IMG/VR virus record: IMGVR_UViG_3300045988_177309
Coordinates: 32,170 to 96,169 of that record
DNA from: a virus
DNA: 64,000 nucleotides
Direction: 5' to 3' (one strand)
In this document: piece after piece, positions 13,501 through 28,860 of the stretch
Layout: every line of letters starts with the position of its first letter
Position numbering within the stretch: the stretch's first letter is position 1
Translations under genes and position numbers: made by a program
Notes under the pieces: model-generated
Databases searched by the model: none
The model's input: only the letters and a program-made list of their open reading frames with translations
What the model was told of the DNA's origin: nothing

Positions 13501-14703
13501 TAGAGATTAATTATTACTAAGAATCGTTATCCTTCTGCAATGATAGATCGATGGAATGGTTCTACTGTTGCATTAAATACTGCCGAAGGAAGTATTTTAT
13601 CTACTATAATTGCGGCAGGCTCTAAAAATGATTAGAATTAGTTTTCTGGTGTAATGTTGGGCGATTGGTCGGGATCTTCTGTAGAAGGTACAATTGCTTC
13701 GCAGACTGGCTTATATGGCTTTCGCGATGGTGAAATGAGTTTTGCTTTTATGGAAGATGGAACAGCATTTATGGGGCGTTCAGGCGAAGGTCGTATTTTA
13801 TTTGATGGTACTAGTGGATCAATACAGTCTGGTAATTATATGCCTGGAACTCCAGCAAGCCCAGGTGTCCCAGAAGAGCCCGGTTCAGGCATGAGAATTG
13901 ATTTAACTGAAGGCCATATTGACGCTTATGATTTTAAATTAACTTCTAAAAGTATTACTTTAAATTCTAGCCCTGAAATTATTGATGAAGATAGTGGATA
14001 GATTGGCCCTTATTTTAAAATCACTTCACCAGCTTATTTTTATGATGAAATATTGGGATGGGTTCCAAGTAGCAATGCAACAACAGATTTGGTTTATATG
14101 TCTGATCAAAAATATGAATTATGTTCAAGTAATTATCAAGCTGATTCTAGTGGGAATATAATTAGTGGAATGATTATTGACTTAATTCGAGGAACAATAA
14201 AAATAGGCAAAAATTTTGCTATCACTTCAGACGGAATCGTGCAATCTGCTAACGGCACTTTTACAGGTATTTCTTTAAGTGGAATCACAGAAGGTACAAA
14301 TATTGATTTAGGTAGAAATGATTACACTGATAAACCTACGACATTAATAAATGGTAATTTAAAAAATGGCAGTATGACCAACGGTTTTTTAAGAGAATGC
14401 ACTATCAATAAAAGTGCTTTTGCCTATTGTACTATAGATAATAATTGTAATTTGCATTTAAAAAAATTAGACAGTAATGGTGAAATAATGGATGATATTT
14501 ATTTATATTCATTAAATACTGGAATAGGTATAGCATAGCAAGTCTATTTATTATCTAAAGATAATTTAAATGTTGAAGTAGTTACTGATGTAGCCGCCAA
14601 TGGCAATGTTACCAAGAAAACATTAGCAAGTTTGTTAAAGGGTAATGTTGGTAATGTAATATTAGTAAAATCACGAAATGGGAATGGTTTTTATGAAAAT
14701 TGA
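10600..14703 (+). CDS. large virion structural protein (~1367 aa), in the distal-tail/baseplate position just after the tape-measure gene; TAG-recoded
   Basis: Frame 1 runs from the ATG at 10600 (ribosome-binding site AAAGGAG) to TGA at 14701-14703. Fragments 10600, 10816, 11794, 12436, 12853, 13147, 13654 and 14053 share this frame and are separated only by TAG. Confidence 0.7.
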
Positions 14704-15067
14704 ATTAACTAATTATGAAATACATACAAAAGCTTTGTCTTTTGATTGTTTAAAAAATAGTCCAGAATATTTTCCTGCGAAAATAATCTTTTATATACAA
14801 AAAAATATTAATCTTTTTAATTAGCTTGATATGGCAATAATTGCCGCGAAAGATTCAATCATTGAACATTATGGTATAGTCAATTCTGATTAGGGATTGA
14901 CTATACCTCAAGACAAACTTCCGATAGCTAATTAGGAATTAAATGAATTGATGTTTTTAAAACAAGAGTTAGATATTTCTTTGATACCTTTAAGTTGGAT
15001 TGAAGATATAAAATTTACTCCTGAGCAAATGTCAGTATTAGCTTTTATGATTGACGAAAATAAATAA
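14693..15067 (+). CDS. hypothetical protein (~124 aa, 3 in-frame TAG)
   Basis: The ATG overlaps the end of the previous gene (tATGaaaattga). Frame 2 is open to TAA at 15065-15067. Confidence 0.45.
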
Positions 15068-15092
15068 TATAGACAAGGAGGAAAAGGTGGAT

Positions 15093-18000
15093 ATGCCAAT
15101 AGCAAAAAAACTATATCCTCCCACTTTGGGAAAAGTTCCTGCGTTTTATGGCAATATATTAACTGTGCCTTTCACTATGAATCGTTCAGTTCATAAAACA
15201 GATATAACAGGTTTTGCTATTATTGTAAAAAATATATTAAGCGATACTTTACTTATTAACGCCTTGCCCGCAACAAGTTGGGACTTAGATAGGATGGAAG
15301 TATATTTTGATATTTCTAATATTAATATGGTGCCTGGTGAATATTATAAAATTCAATTGGCATATATAAGTGTTGCGGGAGTGGGATATTATTCTTCAGT
15401 GAGTTCAGTAAAATGCACTTCAAAGCCTAGTATAACAATCGTGGGGCTTGAGCGTCACGCTGTGAATTTGCATATGTTTCATTATACTGGGCAATATTCT
15501 CAAAAGGGTATGGATTAGGATACTACTGAAAAAGTATATAGTTATCATTTTAATGTATACGATAGTAATGAAAAACTTATTGCCACTTCTGGGGAATAGA
15601 TACACAATGGTTTAAATGATACTGTTTATCACACTTCTATTGATACTTTCGATTTTCCTAAAGATTTAAAAGTTGATGAAATTTATTATATACAATATAC
15701 AGTAAAAACAAATAATGGTTTGGTGGCATCTTCTCCTCGGTATAAATTAATTCAACATCATTCTATTGATCCAGAGATGTAGGCTGATTTATTAGTTTCT
15801 AATAACTTTGATAATGGCTATATTACTTTAACATTATCGGGTAAAATTGGTGAAAGCGGATTAGAAATTCCTGCAACCGGTTTGTTTTCTATATCGCGTT
15901 CAAGTAGTAATGATGATTTTATGATTTGGAATGAAATTACTAAATTTTCTATGCAAGCACAATTGCCTTCTTCTTGGAATTGGCGAGATTTTACTACTGA
16001 ATAGGGCGTGACTTATTAGTATAGTATTTAGCAATATAATGATGCGGGGCTGTATTCTAATAGAATTTTATCAGAAAAAATTCGCGCTGATTTTGAAGAT
16101 GCTTTTCTTTATGATGGTGAAAGACAATTAAAGGTAAAATATAACCCTAAAGTTGCAACGTTTAAATCTGATTTGCAAGAAGCAAAACAAGAAACCATTG
16201 GTAGTAAATATCCTTTTATTTTTCGTAATGGCAATATTAATTATAAAGAATTTAGCCTTTCAAGTATGTTATCTTATTATAGTGATGAAGAGGATTTATT
16301 TATTTCTAAAAATGAGTTATAGTTTGAAGGCTATACAATAGATTTAATTACTGGTAATTTATATTCTGAAAGAGTATTTAAATTAAAGGCTTATGAATGG
16401 CTTACAAATGGTAAGCCTAAAATGTTTAGATCGCCAGGTGAAGGTAATTACATTGTACGTCTTTTAAACGTAACAATGGCGCCCGTGGACCCAACTGGCC
16501 GCATGCTGCATACTTTCACTTGTTCTGCTTATGAAATTGCAGAAAGCTCTTATGAAAATTTAGATAAATATAATTTTATTTAGATTAAATAGAGTTCTGA
16601 AAAACAATTACGTTGGGAAACTATTGAGCTTTGGAAATTAGATCAAAGTGATAAAGATATTTTATTAAATAAACATCCCGCAATAATGGCTGAATTTATT
16701 GGTATGACCCCAGGAGAGAAAGTACTAATAGATGGAGTTCTGGTTACTATTGGCGCGACAGGTGGTTATTTATTAAATGATATTAAGAATGAGATATCTG
16801 AAATTAAGTTGCCAGCTTATAGTCATGGTTCAGGTCATTTAACTTATGGTTATTATGCAACCAAAGAAGTTGCTTTTGATACGGTTACAGATTTTGAAAT
16901 TGTAGATATAGCTGATAGGCAATTTATTGGTGAACACGATATTCTTAATGAAATAGTTGATGCGCGGACTGTTATTGAAAGATGGCATATTTATAATTTT
17001 TAGTTGCGACCAATTTTATCTTTATATTATCAAGATTTGGGTCGTGTAAGTGGTGAAACTGCTGCACCCTATATGCTATATTATGATTCTTTATGCACAG
17101 AAAGGGTTAAAGATTTTAGCATATTAGATCCTTGGTATTTATATGAATTGCGACCTGCAAAACTTAATTAGAATGTAATTGTATATTTAAAAGATGATAC
17201 AAAAGATATATATAAAAGAAATATACCCAGGTCTTTAACTGGATATGGCACACCTTGGAAGATTAAAAATATACAAAGAAGAAATTCTACTTATGTTTAT
17301 CTTTTAGCTGATCCAGAAAATCCTGCCTTTGAATTACCTTTAGTTAATGATAGTGCTTTTGCCGAGATAATTAGTGATATAACTCATTATTATGATTATT
17401 TTAATGATAAATTAATTAAAGTTGCAAATTATGATCCTTGTGTTTATATAGATGGTAATGCCATTTCTTTAAAAGAGATTAAAAAATATTATTTGCGCGC
17501 GCCCAGTATCCCTAAGAGTTTAACTCAAGGCAATGGTGTTGTTGGACATGTTTCTTTAAGAACTCGTATTACAACTTATCGCTTGGAAAACACTAATGAT
17601 GTTGTTAAAGAAGCTAAAGAAAAATATCTTAATGCTTTATAGACTTTAAAGAATTGGTTGTTTGGTACAGCTTATGATTTAGATTTAATCCGACGTCATT
17701 GGCACGATGATTTCAAGCCAGAAAATGAACATTGGAGTGGTATTGGCATTGGCTGTAATGAAAAATTATACGATGATTCCACTTATGATGAAAAACTAGG
17801 GTTTACTGGGGCTTTAATTTGGACTAATTTAGATGAAGGTCTTAATAGTCATTGGATGAAGTTAGGTGCTGATATCACTTATAGTGAAATTGCTTTTGAG
17901 GAACCGGTTCTCAATAATGAAGATTATACTTGGATGACTTGTTGTTCAATAATGGAAGGCGAAGAAATACCAAGTTATTATTTATCAGGATACGTATTAG

Positions 18001-18392
18001 CTGGTGCGCAATGGACAACTGAGGAACATTATTTATATGATACTCCCGCAAATTGGGCAAAAGTTTGGGTTGATTTAACTCCTAATGAGGTTACTGGTAA
18101 AAAACCTTATTTGAATGATAGTCGCTGGATGCAAGCCTATACAAATCTTGAAGGGCTTGTGTTGGGTATGTATCAAGGCGATACTGAAATTGGCTTTTGG
18201 CTTTATGACGATCCAACAGAAGAAGAATTAATGGCTCGTAGACCAATTATTAAAGAAATAAATGGTAAACGAGAGACTGATTATATAAAAGTTATTGCAG
18301 CACAACGTAAAGAGGTTTATGAGCTTTATAAAGACTATATAGAAAAATTAAAAGCTGCAATCGCGGAGGATGAGGAGGCGCGCAAATAGTAA
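15093..18392 (+). CDS. large virion structural protein (~1099 aa), tail/baseplate module; TAG-recoded
   Basis: The ATG at 15093 follows the ribosome-binding site AAGGAGGAAAAGGTGGAT. Frame 0 is continuous through ORF pieces 15051, 16686 and 17658 and is broken only by TAG. It ends ...TAG TAA at 18387-18392, a TAG immediately followed by the true stop. Confidence 0.7.
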
Positions 18393-21300
18393 TGTTTAAT
18401 CCACTATTAAATGATGAATTTTTAAACAAATTATTTACTTATACTGAACGCGAAATTTTTGCGCGAATTATTTTGTTATCCTTTGACGAAACGCATTGTC
18501 TTGAAGAAATTCAGGGGCGAGTAACCGGGGGTACCATTAATATTAATGGTACCTCGGCGGTTCGCCGCACTTGTAATTTATCATTAGTTACTACAGATAT
18601 GGACATAAACGCCTTTCATTGGGGACTGCATACTAAATTTTCTTTATCTATTGGATTAAAGAATTTTATTGATACAGAAAATTTCCCTGAAATAGTTTGG
18701 TTTCCTGCTGGAGTTTATGTTATTACAGGGCTTTCTACAAGTCAAGCATTAAATAATTTTACCATGTCCATTCAAGGTCAAGATAAAATGTGCCTTTTAA
18801 ATGGTAGTATTGGCGGCACTATTGGATAGACTGTAAACTTTGGACAATTTGTTTATGATGATATTGAACTAAATAAAGAGGTTCGAGTTGATAGATTACT
18901 TAAAAGGATTATTTTTGATTTAGTTCATACTTATGGATTAGAACCAATTTAGAATATTTTAATTAATGATGTTGATAATAGTGGTATAGAGTTATTAGAA
19001 TATCGTGGTGATACTCCTTTATATTTATTTAAAAAATATTGGGATGGTTTGAGTTCTTAGGGTAATTATTATGAAAACATGAGTACTGATGGTTCTTAGA
19101 TTGTTTATGCAATTGATGAAGACTTTGAAGGTAATGAAGTTGAACGAGAAGTAAAATTAGAAGATTTTATTAAATATTATACTTTTGATACTCTTAATGA
19201 TAAAGAAATAAACATCCCAACCAAAGTGTATCTTTTAAATAAAGATATGGTTTAGCATGGTAAAGAGCGTGATAAATATATTATTGCACGTATTCAATAT
19301 GGCGAAACTGCGGGTTATCGTCCTACAGATTTAGTTTATCCTAATGATTTTATTTGTAATCCTGGAGAAAGTGTAACTGCACAATTAGATAAAATAGTTA
19401 AAGTGCTTGGTGATTATGAATATTATTATGATGTTTATGGTACTTTTATTTTTTAGAAGAAATAGACTTTTATTAATACTCCTTGGAATGGTACTGGTTC
19501 TAGTAATAATGAGACTTATTTTAGACAAACTGGATATGAGTCTTGTTATAAATTTTCTTTTGATAATGGAACTTTAATCACCTCTTTTAATAATTCTCCC
19601 AATATTGCGAATATGAAAAATGATTATTTTGTTCATGGTATTCGTCGAGGTGTGAGTGGTGGTGAAATTCCTATACATATGCGTTACGCTATAGCTAAAA
19701 AGCCTACGGAATATACTTCTATTGCAGTAAATGCTGAAGAAGCTAAAAAATATGGTAACAATAAATCTCAAGATCATCGTACTTACACAAATGAAGATTG
19801 GGATTGGCGTGAGATTATATATCAAATGGCGCATGATTTTTATTAGTACGGAACTATGGATGATTTTTTTGCACGAGTGCGGTAGGCTAATCGTATATAT
19901 CCAGAAGATAAAGATTTATTTCCTTTTGGCAGTACTGGGTATGAAATGTTTTATACTGATTTAATGAGTTATTGGCGTGAGTTATATGATCCTTATGCTG
20001 AAGTTACTTATGAATTTATGATTTCACCATTAACGAAAACACCTATTAAAGTTATTGATGATTTAACTCGTCCTATTTATGCTCCAATAGTAGATGAAAA
20101 TGGCATGATGAGTTATAATTATCTTGAAGTTAAAATTCCGCAAGATGAATTTGACGATAGAAAAATATTAGGCATTTATTATGAAGGTTTAGCTTTTGAT
20201 TAGTATAAAAATGAAAAAATTGCAGAATATTGGAAATCTGATAATTCAGAAGGTAATTGGTATTAGTGGTCAATGACTCATCCAATTGACTTTGGTACTA
20301 AATATTATGTTAAAACAGAAGATGGCAATTTTTCTGAGTTATATTTTTCTTATGTGCGAGATTATCAATAGGTTGGCAATTGCTATAAAGATAAAAAACA
20401 TTATTGTTAGTCTACAGGCTTTATTCATTTATTGCCTTATAAGCCCATGTGGCCAAATGCAGTAAAAATAACTCCTGAAATTATTGATAGAGCAACTTCA
20501 TTAGAACCTGAAGTAGGATATGAATCTCGTCGCATTAATTGTGCTGACGAAAAATATTCTACTTATGAAGTATAGACTGAATTAGATAATAAGGTTAAGA
20601 AAAAAATATTGTCCATGCAAGAAGCTGCATTTAATTTAGAATAGCGCTCTTATCAACTGGAAATATATAATACCTTTAGAAAGTCTGCAAAAGAAATTTG
20701 GAATAATTTTGTTTAGACTTATTGGTGTCGACCTTTTAGTGTCGAGGTATCTGAAGCTTTTGGATTTTTTGATGATAATTATGATAGTGATTGGTCTGAA
20801 GGTAATAAATTAGGCTATATTGAAAAAATAAAATATTTGTATCCTAATGAGCCGAATAAATTGGTTGAGATTACTAATAGTAATATGTTTGCGCTATGTT
20901 TACAATATGATAATGTTTATGTATAGCGTACTAATATGTATTTTACCAACTTAGATTATATAGATATTGATGAAGAAGAAAAAAAGATTGATAATATAAC
21001 TTTAGAGAATTTGGCTTCTGATTCTTCTTTTGAAAATAAAAGTTTTGCTTTAGAAGATTCTAGTATTATATATAATACAGATTTAAGTTTGAGTGGAAAT
21101 GTTTCACTAACAACTAAAAACGAGCAAACTTATAATGACTTTTTCTTTCCTCCGTCAAAAAATGTTATGATTATGCCAAATGTTGAGAAGCATGTTTTTT
21201 ATATTGCTTGTCATAGTCCAAATTTTGCATCGAGTGTAAAAATAACTTAGCTCATAAATGGTATATATTATAATTATGGGTCGGCAAATATTAATTATAA

Positions 21301-23227
21301 TATTAATAATACTTGGTATGGAAGGTATTTTAAAAAAGGGTGGTATCGACATTCAAAATTAATTACTGGATCTACAAGCTATGTAACTAAGTTTAACTTT
21401 GGAATAAGCGTAGATACACCAAGCATTATTTGCATAGATGATATAATATTAATCGATTTAACAGAATCTTTTGGAGCTGGTAATGAACCTACAAGAGAAT
21501 GGTGCGATGAAAACATTCCCTTTTTTGAAAATGAATATATTTTTCATAAAATAAATAAACAAACAAAAATTGCTTCAACTCATAAATATTATATTGCAAC
21601 ACATTCTTATGCTTCTGCCACAATATTTAGAATTTTATAGGGCTTATATGCAAATGTTATTTCAGATCATAGCAAGGGATGGTTTCCGCAATTTAAAGAA
21701 TCAGAAGATTAGTTCCGATATGCGAATATTTTTATTTTAAAAGATTATGATGCACTTAAATTTATAATTACTACTTTATCTGAAAATGTTGATGGTGCTA
21801 ATGGCTTAGTCGCACCTTTTGTTATGATAGATTTAACTCGTAAGTATGGGTCAGGTCAAGAGCCCAGTTTAGATTGGTGCAATCAAAATATTCCATTTGA
21901 TGAAAATATTTATATTTTTGCTGATGCAGAGGAAGAAGAAGAGCTTGAACCTTTATATTATTATGCATTAAATGGTACATATAATACTGAATATACAGAG
22001 TATATAGATGGTCGAGAAGTCCATTTTTCAAATACATACGGTTTCTTTGCGCCAGAAAATGATAATCCTGGGATTAGTTTAATTATTGATGATAGCAATT
22101 TACTTAATGCGAAGAAAACCCACAATTGTTATATCTATCAAGATGTAAATATAGATGACAAATTTTTAAGATTAACTGAAGATAGTGTGTATGATTCTAA
22201 GAAAATCTATTATGAAAAAACTGACCATTATATTGATGGATATCATCAAACTTTTTCTGAATATACCGATATTTATGAATACGATGCTGTTCTTAAAGAA
22301 TATCTTGCGGTTATGAGTAAAGGAGCGAATGGTTTATATTCTTTCAGAAAAGATAGGGTAATATCTCCCTATTATCGTTATCCAGAAGTAAATCATACTA
22401 ATCCAAAAGATGATGAGGTGTGGGGCAGAAAAGATATTATTTTCTGCAAAATTACTAAAGGATATTATCTTAAAGAATCTACTGCAACTTTATCAGGATA
22501 TGAAATTGTGCCGACTGAATATAGTATTTATAAAGCAATTAAAACCGCGGAAGATTATGCGGCATAGCAAGCTTTAAAAAATGTGTTTGTTCAAGATGGA
22601 ATTGAAGATATTGTAATTTATGAACCTAAGAAAAATCGTTCATATTATACTAAAACTTGCCAATATTATAAGCCTATTGACGGCGTTGATAAATCATTAT
22701 ATTATTGGAATAAAAATGTAGTTAATGCTCCTGAAGTGCTAAACTATTGGTTAGATTTCTTAGATGGCGATGATTTAGAGAAGTATTCTATTAATATAGT
22801 TGGAGATAGGCCTAAAGCAATTAATGATGATAAGGTAACAGCCATCTATTATAGAGAAACTCCTACGGTGATTTTTTTAACTGATAAAAATTAGTACGAT
22901 GAACTAAAAGCGCGAGGAGAGATAAGGGACGGTTATAGTTATATATATTTAAATACTGAATATGAGAATATGTTTAGTATTAGCGCACAAGGCAAAGATG
23001 CCCATGCAGTGATAGACAATATGGTGTATAATTATTCCTATTGTGTTGAGTCTGTAACTGTAAATGCAATACCTATATATACATTAGAACCTAATACTTA
23101 GATTTCAATCTATGATGAAACAAGTAAAATTAATGGTTTGTATAATATTCAAACCTTAACAATACCATTAACTCATAATGGATTAATGAATATAAAAGCA
23201 ACTAAAGTGGTTGATCGAATTTATTAA
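18392..23227 (+). CDS. giant virion structural protein (~1611 aa), baseplate/fibre module; TAG-recoded
   Basis: The ATG overlaps the previous stop (taATG). Frame 2 is continuous through pieces 18392, 19613, 19946, 20936, 21824 and 22583, separated only by TAG. TAA lies at 23225-23227. Confidence 0.7.
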
Positions 23228-23245
23228 TTAAGGAGGATAAGGAGA

Positions 23246-23617
23246 ATGGCGAGAAAAGTAATGCAATTCCGTTATTATAACGATAGTTCTTTAGAGAATT
23301 AGCCGAATAAAACGAGCGGAATATCTGGCGCAATTACTAAAGCTAAACTTACCTCTGGTAGTATTTTTTCCGCCTATTTGCCCATAACACAATTGGGCAT
23401 TTAGACGGTTCCAGGGACTAAGTTTTATTTAAATAATGCAGATAATCCAATTATTATTGGTGCTACTGGAATTTATGAGTTAGATTTAGAAGGATTAAGT
23501 GAAATTACTGCAATTTCTTTTGATGCTTCTTCAATAGCTTCTATATCTTCTAATGATAGTGCTTATTTAATTGTTGATATAGTTTATGATCAAGATGATG
23601 AGGAGGAAACGGTTTAA
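23246..23617 (+). CDS. small virion-module protein (~123 aa, 2 in-frame TAG)
   Basis: Ribosome-binding site TTAAGGAGGATAAGGAGA, then ATG at 23246. TAA at 23615-23617 overlaps the next ATG. Confidence 0.5.
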
Positions 23618-26600
23618 ATGAGTTTTTATGGTAAAGTGGTAAATTTAGACCGCGCTCAATTCAATTTTGATAAAATATACTCTAGCCGCTATGAGATGGA
23701 TCATAACATTAAAACTGATGGTATTTATGTAAATCGTTTGGTATTGGTGGAATATGACTCTGAGGGTAGCGACGATAGTTTTAAATCTTGTTATTTAGCA
23801 CCTGATGGTAAATTATATGCAAGTTTTAAGCAAAAAGAGGGCGCAAGTATTCAAGAAGTACTTGATGGTGCAGTTGAATTTCCTGCAGCGTATAAGTTAG
23901 AAGTTGTATCAAGCTCAACGGTAAGTTTAAATTATTGTCAAGTACGACAAGGTGATGTAGTGCGCGTTCCGGCGACTGTTATTGATAAAAATGGTAAAAT
24001 TATTGAACGCTTTAATTATAATACTTTAGCTAGTTCGCATGAACCCATTGATATTGGTACTCTTAATGGTTCTGTAACTCTTTATTATTAGGCTAAATTG
24101 GTAAATGGTCAATCTGAATTTACTATTTTAACAAGTGCGAATTCTGCTTATGTGCGTAATTATGCTTTAGATACTTCTATTTATGGTAAAGGACGCGGTT
24201 GGGATTCAACTGTTTGGTAGAAGGTTTATAAAGATAATAAAGAACAATATATAATGATTGCAGAACTTAATTCCACGATGCCAGCATTTGGCATTTCTAC
24301 GGATGCGCCAAGTATCGTGCCTACAGCCCCACACTTTGATACTGATAGCACTAATAAATTTTATTAGTTACATTGGCAACCTTCATGGGGATTAAGAGTA
24401 AAAGGTGCCGAACAATTTACTGGTCCAGTACTTGATGAAAATGGTAATAAAAGTGAATTATTTACTAGTTCTACTATTTTAACTAATGATGTAAAAGATT
24501 ATCCTTCTGACGAAGAGACTTCTTGGTCTCAAATTAAGATGGATACTGAAAATAATACAAGTCAAAAACAATATTTTAATATAGAAACTAAATAGTGGCA
24601 AAATGCAGAAAGTAAGATACCAGCCGCAATTTATTATAATAAGGCGGGTTTCGATCCTGAACATATTTCTTATGCTAATGAAAATATAACAGATAAAATT
24701 TCTGTTGAGCCTACTGGATATAGTGGTCATTTATATAACCAACATGATGGTACTAATCGTTTAGCAGTAAGCGAAGATACTCAAGAAATTAGTATTATGT
24801 TGCCTTCTCTTGGCAATACATTAGCTCATGTTTGGGATTTGGTTTATGGCTCAGAAGAATAGAATGGTTCTTTGAATCGTAATCTTAATATAAATTGGGA
24901 CAATAAAGATGGTTTACGGCTTGTAAATGTTAATCCAGAAGGCAATGGATATACTTATGATACTGATAAAGTTAATACTCTTGCAGGATGTATTAATTCA
25001 GTACATGATTTAATGGGTATGATTATTGTTGCTAATAATGACAATCATATTGATTTACAAGATTTTAATAATATTGATTTAGATAAAATATATTATCAAA
25101 ATCAAAAATATTATCGTATTCGTAAGACTGATTTAGTAAAAAAATACAAAGAAGGATTACTTACAACAGTTGTTTCTATTGATGGTAAGTATAATTTTAA
25201 GCCTGATCGTAATTATTATATTGTTTATTTAGAGGATGGCTCAAATGCGCAATTTGATAAAGATTAGGCTACTTATATTAATCAGCATTTTAAAGTGGGC
25301 CAAAAGTGGAACATTGAAATTGCTGATGTAATAGATGGTATAATTCTTGCGCCAGATATTATTGATGTAAAAATTAGTGATTAGACTAGTTTATCATATG
25401 TTTTTGAACCTGATAAAAAATATTATATTGTTGATGTTGGTACAAGTGGGTTAACGATCGGTTCTGCTTGGCTCATTAGTGATACTAAGGTGCGGCAAGG
25501 AATTGAGCTTGCGGCGAACGTAGCTGAAGTTGTTGAAGTGTCGCGTTATAATATGGTCACTGGTACTCAATATCAGATTTCTGCTTTAGAAGATATAGAT
25601 GATCTTTTAGAAAAATATGTAATTGGTGATATTTGGACTGAGGGAGATAAGGTAGTTCCTGGAGTTACATTATCTCAATATGTTGCGGCGACCGATTAGA
25701 AATTATATTATGATATGCAAGATGGCATTGATTATTATATAGCTAAAGAAATTGGTAGTGGTACTAGTCTTACTGAAGAGAAAATTCAAGAGCTGCAAAC
25801 TAAATATGGTTCCATATATGAAAATCATGAAGTTTGGCCTTATGGAGCTGAATTTATTGATGGTATTGTTTTGGGCTATTATGAAGAAGGTAGTACTGAA
25901 TTAACACTTATTGGTTCTAGTTATAAGCGCGAATGGATATTCCGTGATGGTGTTATTTATCAAATTACTCAAGTCGAAAATAGTGCTGGTATGTCAAATG
26001 AAGATTATGAGAAGTTTAAAAAGCAATATCAAGTTGGTCAAGTTTGGGATACCACTAATAAAACTTATATAGAAGGTTTAACTCTTGCAACTCCTCCTAT
26101 TAATGCACTTAATAGAAATGAATATATTTTAGAAGAAAGCATTAATTATCAAGTTGTGGGCTATGACTTAACTGGACTAAGCACTGATGAGCAGACCTCG
26201 CTAAAAGCTAATTATCCTCTTGGTAAAGCTTGGACAAGTATTGTCGCAATACCTGGCTTATTGATTGGTGAAAGCCGTGCCGCAACTAAAGAAATGTATT
26301 ACTATGAGTTCATTGATGGTGTTAATTATTATATTGAAGGTATTGATAATTCTAAGACTTATGATTAGATCTATACTATTGGATAGAAATGGGACACAGA
26401 TTATAAAACTGTTGTTGACGGTTTATCAATAATCGGCTAGTAGATGGGTTATGAATTTAGTGAATTGGTTGGTTTTGCTGATGGGTTAAATACTATTCAT
26501 GGATTAATTCTTAAATTAAATAGTTTATTAGAGATTGATAATGAAACGTCTCGTGACAATAAAACAGTTTAGGGTTGTATTAATTTGATGAATGATATTT

Positions 26601-28000
26601 TAAATACATTCGATACTCTTATTCCTAAATCATTATTAACAGTTGATTAGTTTGGTAAAATAATTAGTGCTAAGATTAATACTGATTAGACAAATAGTAT
26701 TAATTTTACTAAGGAACCCCCTAAAATAAATTGTTTTAGCAAAGACAGTGATGATATTATTAATAAAGATATTTATAAGTATGAACACAGTGACCCTGTT
26801 ATGATTGATAAGCAATGGATTACTGTTAATATTAACAATGATAAAAATAATAATATTCTAAGCATTCATCATAATTATCATAAACTTGAAGATATTAAAC
26901 CTTCATTAGAAAACAATCCTAATGCTTATGATCTTTATAATATGACTTATACTGATGATAAGTATAATGGAAGTATTTTATTGCGCGATTATCTTATTGA
27001 TGAAACTGGGCATGTTGTTGGTAAACAAAATAAGATTGCGCCGCTACCCACTCATTTTAAAGATATAATAATTAATAATTTAAATTATTAGCCTTACTTT
27101 AGCAGAATGCTTGAACTTTCTTATCAAGGTGCAATATTTAATCTTGATAATCCAAAAGTGATAGAAAATAAAGATGCTTTACTTGCAGCTTGGCTTGAAG
27201 AAAAAAATAGTGGTAATCTTACTGATACTGAATATAATTTATACCTGCGATGGATAGCTGAGTTTGAAAATAGTGTAACCGCACGAGGTGATAGCAATCC
27301 TTATGAAACTAGTCATCCGCGCGATATATTTACGGCAATTCCTGAGAATAGTATAATTTACAGTGCGCCAATTGCTGCTGAAGTGCCAGTGCGTGGCAGT
27401 ATGACCTTCGGTGGTTTACTTAAAACTACTTCAACATAGAAACCTTTAGAAATAACTTCAGTTAATAAATGGATTCAATTAAGGGGTGTATTTGTTCCTG
27501 TTGGAGGTAAGCGCGAACCGCACTATTATAATGAATTACTTTCTTTTGGAGCAACATTCACTGAAGGCACTTTAGAATTGACTAATGCAGCCGAATTAAT
27601 TTCTAAAGCAAATGCTTTGGCAGGTCCTGAAAAAACAATGTGGTTAAGTCGTATTCAAGAATATCAAAGCGATTGGACGTTACCACGTACTGTTAATGAC
27701 CAATTATAGGTTGCACATAAAATTTCTGTAGTTGATACAAGTGATAAGCCCAATACAGAAGAGCCTGTGTTGTATGATATAGAATATGATGAAGCTGGTC
27801 ATATCATTGGAAAGCATAAGTATACTAAAGGCATAAGTGCTGATGTTGGTTCAAGCACGGTTAAAGGTTATGCTAATGAAATTACCCATAGTATTATTGA
27901 GCCTACAGGCGAAGCTACTTTAAATAATTATATTAAACGTTTATGGAATAAAATAAATAGTTTAGAACAAAGAATTGCTGTTTTAGAAAGTAATACTTAA
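23618..28000 (+). CDS. giant fibre-like structural protein (~1460 aa) with a C-terminal coiled coil; TAG-recoded
   Basis: Frame 2 is continuous through pieces 23618, 24872, 25490, 25715, 26801, 27107 and 27767. It contains a tandem TAG TAG at 26438-26443. The C-terminus reads ...IKRLWNKINSLEQRIAVLESNT, and the gene ends with TAA at 27998-28000. Confidence 0.7.
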
Positions 28001-28010
28001 TTTTTATAAG

Positions 28011-28044
28011 AACGACTTGGTCTTAATAAGGCCAAGTCGTTTTA
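28011..28044 (+). terminator. rho-independent terminator
   Basis: Stem aacgacttggtc / gccaagtcgtt followed by a TT-rich tail. Confidence 0.55.
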
Positions 28045-28105
28045 ATTAATAAGCAGTAAATTTGACTATTATGTGAAGAATTTAAAAGAAAAGGAGTGAA
28101 TTTTA

Positions 28106-28834
28106 TTGACTCAGTATGTAAAATTCTTGCGCGGTCTATATGATAATTATGCCAAGTTGGCAGTAAAAGATAAGGACACTTTATATTTTACTACTGCGGC
28201 AGCCGACTCTCAAACCGGTCGTTTGTTCTTAGGTGATATTGAAATTACTGGTTCTACCAGCTCTGGTGGTGTGGTCCCCAGTGAAATTTCTCTTGGTGAA
28301 TTAGGTAATATTAATCTTTCTGAAACTCTTGGCACTAATGATGTTCTAGTTTATGATTCAACAAGCGAAAAATGGGTAAATAAGCCTATATCTGACCTTG
28401 TTAAAATCGAAACAATGATTGGTGCTAAGTCTGATACGGCTGGTAAAGCTGGCTATGTTCCTGCTCCTGCTGCAGGTGACCAGACTAAGTTTCTGCGCGG
28501 TGATGGCACTTGGGTAACTGTTGATGTTGGTGAAATCGACGGTATATTAGACACTCTTGAAGAACGTTTAACTACTATGAATACTACTGTCGGCAATTTG
28601 CAAGATACAGTTAACAAAATTCAAGAACATCCTACACTAGAGCTAAACACTCGCGTAAAGGCTCTTGAAGATATTATCAATGATACTACAACTGGTGAAG
28701 GCGAAGGATAGGTAACTACTCTCGGTCTCAAGAGTGTTGTATCTAATTTAAAAATTTCTGTAGAAGACCACGAAACTCGTATTACTACTATAGAAACCGC
28801 TTTACAGTGGGCCGATATTCTTGCTGGTGAATAA
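28106..28834 (+). CDS. fibre-type protein (~242 aa) with the conserved fibre N-terminal domain; 1 in-frame TAG
   Basis: TTG start after the ribosome-binding site AAAGGAGTG. N-terminus is MTQYVKFLRGLYDNYAKL...TLYFTT...GRLFLGD. TAG at 28709; TAA at 28832-28834. Confidence 0.6.
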
Positions 28835-28860
28835 TCTAATTAAAAGGAGATATTTAATTA